A DNA stretch of 64,000 nt from Octopus vulgaris. Lineage: Eukaryota. Positions 59,741 through 64,000 of the stretch are shown here, piece after piece. Under the pieces are notes generated by a model, which saw only the letters and a list, made by a program, of their open reading frames with translations, searched no databases and was not told the DNA's origin. The translations under genes and the position numbers were made by a program. The number at the start of each line of letters is the position of its first letter. Within the stretch, counting starts at the first letter, position 1. The stretch covers positions 24,862,001 to 24,926,000 of the forward strand of contig OX597830.1 in NCBI GenBank assembly GCA_951406725.2. The letters run 5' to 3'.

Positions 59741-60361
59741 TTAAGAATCTCATTCGATCATTGGTACTTCTGAGTTCAATCTCATTGCAAGGCACTTTAA
59801 GCAAATGCCTTCTGTTATATCCAAAATATCTTATGAGCAGAATTTAGTTGATGAAAACTATAGAAGTACATCATGAGTATGTATAGAAACATACATATAA
59901 ATAGTTCGGGATATATATTCACTGTTGTAAACTGGTGCTATGTTCCTTTATGTTAACGAGCAGGACAACCCGAAAGTGTAGCCTGTGTTATGTCAGTATG
60001 GAAAGACAGTTGCTCATCTGCTTCTCATTGATTGGAATATAATGATTACTTAATGCACTTTATATAATTTATATACTTTATGCCCAACGTTATAGACTCA
60101 ATACACAACACTGTCCCTCTTTCTCTTTACTCATTACCTTACCCTCTTTTTCTCCCCTTTTTTCTTTCGCTCTTCACCTTTCCCTTCAACTAATCATGTG
60201 AAAGTGTTACAGATGGATTAAGTAAGGGGAAAAAAAAATTTGGTCAAAAAAAGTTTACACATTTCACTCACTACCACCTATCTTCCCTCTCCTTCAACTA
60301 ATCACATGGGAGTACTACTGGCAGGCTAAGTAATGGAGTGACAAACAAAATTATTATAAGA

Positions 60362-60787
60362 CTAGCTGACCCTGTGCTGTCAAAAATGATGCCTGATTGT
60401 AGTATTTTATATATAAATATGGATGGTAAATCAAATTAATACACTTGTCAATGTTGTCTAGTGGTTGTCTTTTGAGATGTGACATCAATCATCGTTTGTT
60501 ACTGAAAGAACACTGGTTCACACATACATTCAAATACTTCCCTTGTACACAAACACACACATATACTCACACAGAGTTGAAATGCTGTTTGATTTTTTTT
60601 TCAGCATTGAATGTTCACCGTCCCACTTCCAGTGCACACACACACACAAACATTCACATACTCCCCTTTTACATACACACACACATATACTCACAGAGTT
60701 GAAACACACTACCAGTTTACCATCACCCCTTCCTTTCTCATTGATATGTTGTGATGGAGAAAAACACAAGCGTATTATTATAGTAGA
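60362..60787 (-). mobile_element. Non-autonomous Helitron (about 426 bp)
   Basis: Reverse complement begins A|TCTACTATAATAATACG and ends GCTAG|T, with a decayed subterminal hairpin. Confidence 0.6.
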
Positions 60788-61242
60788 TGATTGAATAAAA
60801 TAAGTAAACTGATATAAGTACTGGATAATTATGTTCAACAAAAACCTTTGAAATTGTTGCCCCTTTTATGGTCACAATCCAATGACAAAACCTAATAAAA
60901 AAAAATGCAAATATTCAAATCTATAAATCATTCCACAGGTCTTAACATGAAAACAAATGTCACATACAAAGTTAAAATAACTATATAAAGGATTTAGTGA
61001 AAATATAAAACCTGTTACTTTGGAATTTGAACACAATTTAGCATTATAATCATTTAATGTCCACACTCCTTGCTGGCTTGGGTTGGACAGTTTGATCAGG
61101 GCTGGTAAGTTAAAGGGCTGCAACAAACTCTACTCTGATTTGGCATGGTTTCTACAGCTGGATGCTCTTCTTAACACCAACCACTCCAAGAGTGTAATGG
61201 GTGCTTTTATGTGCTTTTTACAGGACACCGGCAATAACTACA

Positions 61243-61923
61243 ATTCACGGTTGCCATTTACATGGTAACAACCATGACTATGACGCATGGGTGCTATTTA
61301 TATGACACCGGCAGCAACCCCAACTATGATTCACGGATGCCATTTACATGACACAGGCTATGACCACAACGATTCATGGGTGCCCTTTACATGGTACCAG
61401 CAATAATCACAACTACGATTCACAGGTGCCATGTAAATGGCACCTTCAATGATCTTGACTAAGATTCATGAGTGTCATTTACATGGTACCAGCAATGAGC
61501 ACAACAACAATTCATGGGTGCCATTTATATGGCACCATCAACAACCATGACTACGATTCATGGGTACCATTTACATGGTACCAGCAATGACCACAACTAC
61601 AATTCACGGGTGCCATTTATATGGCACCATCAACAACCATGACTACGATTCATGGGTGCCATTTACATGGTACCAGCAATGACCACAACTATAATTCACG
61701 GGTGCCATTTATATGGCACCATCAACACCCATGACTACGATTCATGGGTGCCATTTACATGGTACCAGCAATGACCACAACTACAATTCATGGGTGCCAT
61801 TTATATGGCACCATCAACACCCATGACTACGATTCATGGGTGCCATTTATGTGGCTCTGACAATGGCCATGATTACTATTTCATGGGTGCTATTTACATG
61901 GCACTTTCAATAACCACAGCTAC
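61243..61923. repeat. Minisatellite of about 15 x 46 bp with an A/B dimer (92-bp) higher-order structure, inside an RTE 3' UTR
   Basis: Unit A attcatgggtgccatttatatggcaccatcaacaaccatgactacg alternates with unit B attcatgggtgccatttacatggtaccagcaatgaccacaactaca. Confidence 0.9.
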
Positions 61924-63332
61924 AATTTCACTTGGCTTGACAAGTCTTCTCACACAAATGTTAAAGTGTATCCAAATTCCAACGCAGATATAAAATGAAA
62001 AACCAATTATAAGCTTGTCTTTTACAACTTAATTTTGCAACTCAGTTCAGTATAAATAAACCCATTAACTAACAACTTTAATTTCTATTCAAAGCTGAAA
62101 ATATGGAAGTTTCTAACTTTGCACAAATTCTTCTCGCTACACACACTAAATGAAATAAAGGCTCCACAATTTTTCATTGGATCAAACCTCTCATCCCTCA
62201 ATGACAGATAAAATGGGCAACAGTATTACTGAACTGGGATTAGTTGAAGACAAATCTTCGCTAAACTACTGAATAGTAAATATACATATAAAGCTCTTGT
62301 GACACAACCTAAAAAACGGGAGCTTAAGTGAGACACTTCACCCTAGTTTTGTCATTTGATACTCAGTAGTTCTTCATTCTACAGAAAACTGTCTGAGCAA
62401 GGTTAAAGATAGGATATCTTTTAGGGTGTAACCCAGTGAGAAAATGTCAAAGAAAGAATATGAGGGGATGCTGAAAAGCTCCTGGCTTTAAGGGTATTCT
62501 GAAAGGCCTGGATGGAGGCCCAACCTTCCAAATCCTTCTAAAGCTAAGAAAAACTGAAGGACCACTGCAATAAGTTTGTGAATCTGAAAGGGGAATATGT
62601 TGAATAAAATCATAATTAACTGTATTTGTATTTTCTTTTACAAATATATACAAATACAGATATATATACAGTAATTTATAATGCCTAGAAGTTAAGAGTT
62701 TACAACAAACAACCAAAGGTCAAGAGTTCAAATCCAAACTTCAAATGGAAACAAAATAAAAAAATAATTTTTGTAGTCAGTCTGGTCACTAAAGACTTCA
62801 GCCTTATGTAGGATACATTAAAATTATATGATCGTAGTGATCATAGCATGTCAGAGATAAAATCATTGACACACTCAGCTTACTTCAGTTCCATTAACTT
62901 AATTGGAACACCATGAATGTTCAACAACTTTGTGTTTTGCTGCCTCTAAAAATTCTATATAAATGCTTTTATATCTGCTTCATTCTATGCCTGGGGCATG
63001 ATGTGGACAAGACTTCTTGAGGCAGTATTGAACAGCTGAATTTTGTTTCTAATACCAACCTTTATTTGTTTTTCAAGTAAGGTACTTTATTCCACATTTT
63101 ATGTTAAACTATTAAGCTACTTGACGTTTTGTTTCCTTCAGACATGAACAAACACCAGTGCTATCTATCTATCTATACATCCATCCAACATAAACAGATT
63201 GAGTCAATGTACAGTTTCTATCTGACAAACTTTACTAACAAGACATTGATCAACCTAAGGCTGTAGTAGACAGAGCAAGAGACACTTGCCCAAGGTACAA
63301 TGTAGAAGGATCAAACCTGAAACCGCAAGACT

Positions 63333-64000
63333 GCACTTAGCTTTACAGCATGTCGTCAGATGCCGAACCTGTTGGCTTATGGTCTCTCTAGCAAGTGGCC
63401 TCTCTAGAAAATGGAGGAGGAAAAATCTTCGTTACTTGGTCATCAACAGGGGATTGTCTTCCTTTGGCTGTCATTTGTGAGTGACCCTGTTATTGTGTGG
63501 GTCCCAGTAGATCAGCAGGAATATCCTGAATTACAAGCATGCATGGTCTGAATACTTCCATTCTGGAATGAAGGATGTTCCCCAGGTTGAGTGAGTCCTT
63601 TAGTATCCTCACCCATTCAACTATGCACACTTTACAATGCTTGGTCCCATTTATGTAGGGGCCTGCACTTTTTAGGATTCTCTATGATATTACATGTGGA
63701 ATTCCATTGTCCTTCAGCTGCCATACATGGCTGGCTAATGACAAAACATATCTCCTTTCCAGTATCCTGAAGGAGGACCCATGGTTGGAGAGATGTTGCT
63801 TGAATATGTTACTAGAGCATCCGATGTATATCCATGCTTGGGTGTTGGCAATGTTGTATCTACTGGTGTTGAAGCTGCTGCTACCACTGGTGTTGGCATT
63901 GTTGAAGGTGGTGATGGTGTTGGAGTAACAAAGTATTTTCCTCCTCCATTTTCTAGAGACGCCACATGCTAGAGAGGCCATAAACCAACAGGTTTGGGAT
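63333..64000 (-). mobile_element. 5'-truncated Naiad-like PLE with inverted terminal repeat, running off the window end
   Basis: YIGCSSNIFKQHLSNHGSSFRILERRYVLSLASHVWQLKD; 63361-63436 is the reverse complement of 63925-63999; partial CTGACGA core on - strand at 63353-63359. Confidence 0.75.

Noticed and set aside
61243-61923. CRISPR-like array (palindromic repeat with short spacers)
   Set aside because: The apparent spacers are homologous and alternate A/B, there are no cas genes, and the context is a eukaryotic LINE 3' UTR; it is a minisatellite.

Overview
Eukaryotic, AT-rich DNA dense in microsatellites and SINEs. The repeat families look like those of Octopus (a cephalopod); this is recognition, not a search result. 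The host gene is on the + strand: the last 24 coding exons (2113-55059, about 748 aa, all GT-AG, frame consistent throughout) of an unconventional class XV myosin tail (FERM-like segment, SH3, MyTH4, FERM, stop). The motor domain lies upstream of the window and the 3' UTR may run to about 59720. The introns and 3' flank hold many transposons: a young, 5'-truncated Neptune-type Penelope-like element (PLE; open RT + GIY-YIG ORF, inverted pseudo-LTRs), several Naiad-like PLE remnants, two mariner relics, piggyBac-, hAT- and Tc1-type MITEs, two non-autonomous Helitrons, RTE LINE 3' ends and three tRNA-derived SINE families. The most striking hidden layer is a set of about ten minimal type-I hammerhead ribozyme motifs carried in fold-back PLE termini. 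It includes U3-A8 compensated cores, long-stem-II forms, a sense-strand copy in the putative 3' UTR, and a tRNA-headed element with an inverted hammerhead-bearing terminus (a possible Penelope-mobilised SINE). The PLE terminus also carries a five-fold CCAAT/CRE module array, a TATA box and an ATG mini-exon with a splice donor, which could drive a motor-less myosin isoform. All calls were made by eye; repeat boundaries are approximate.
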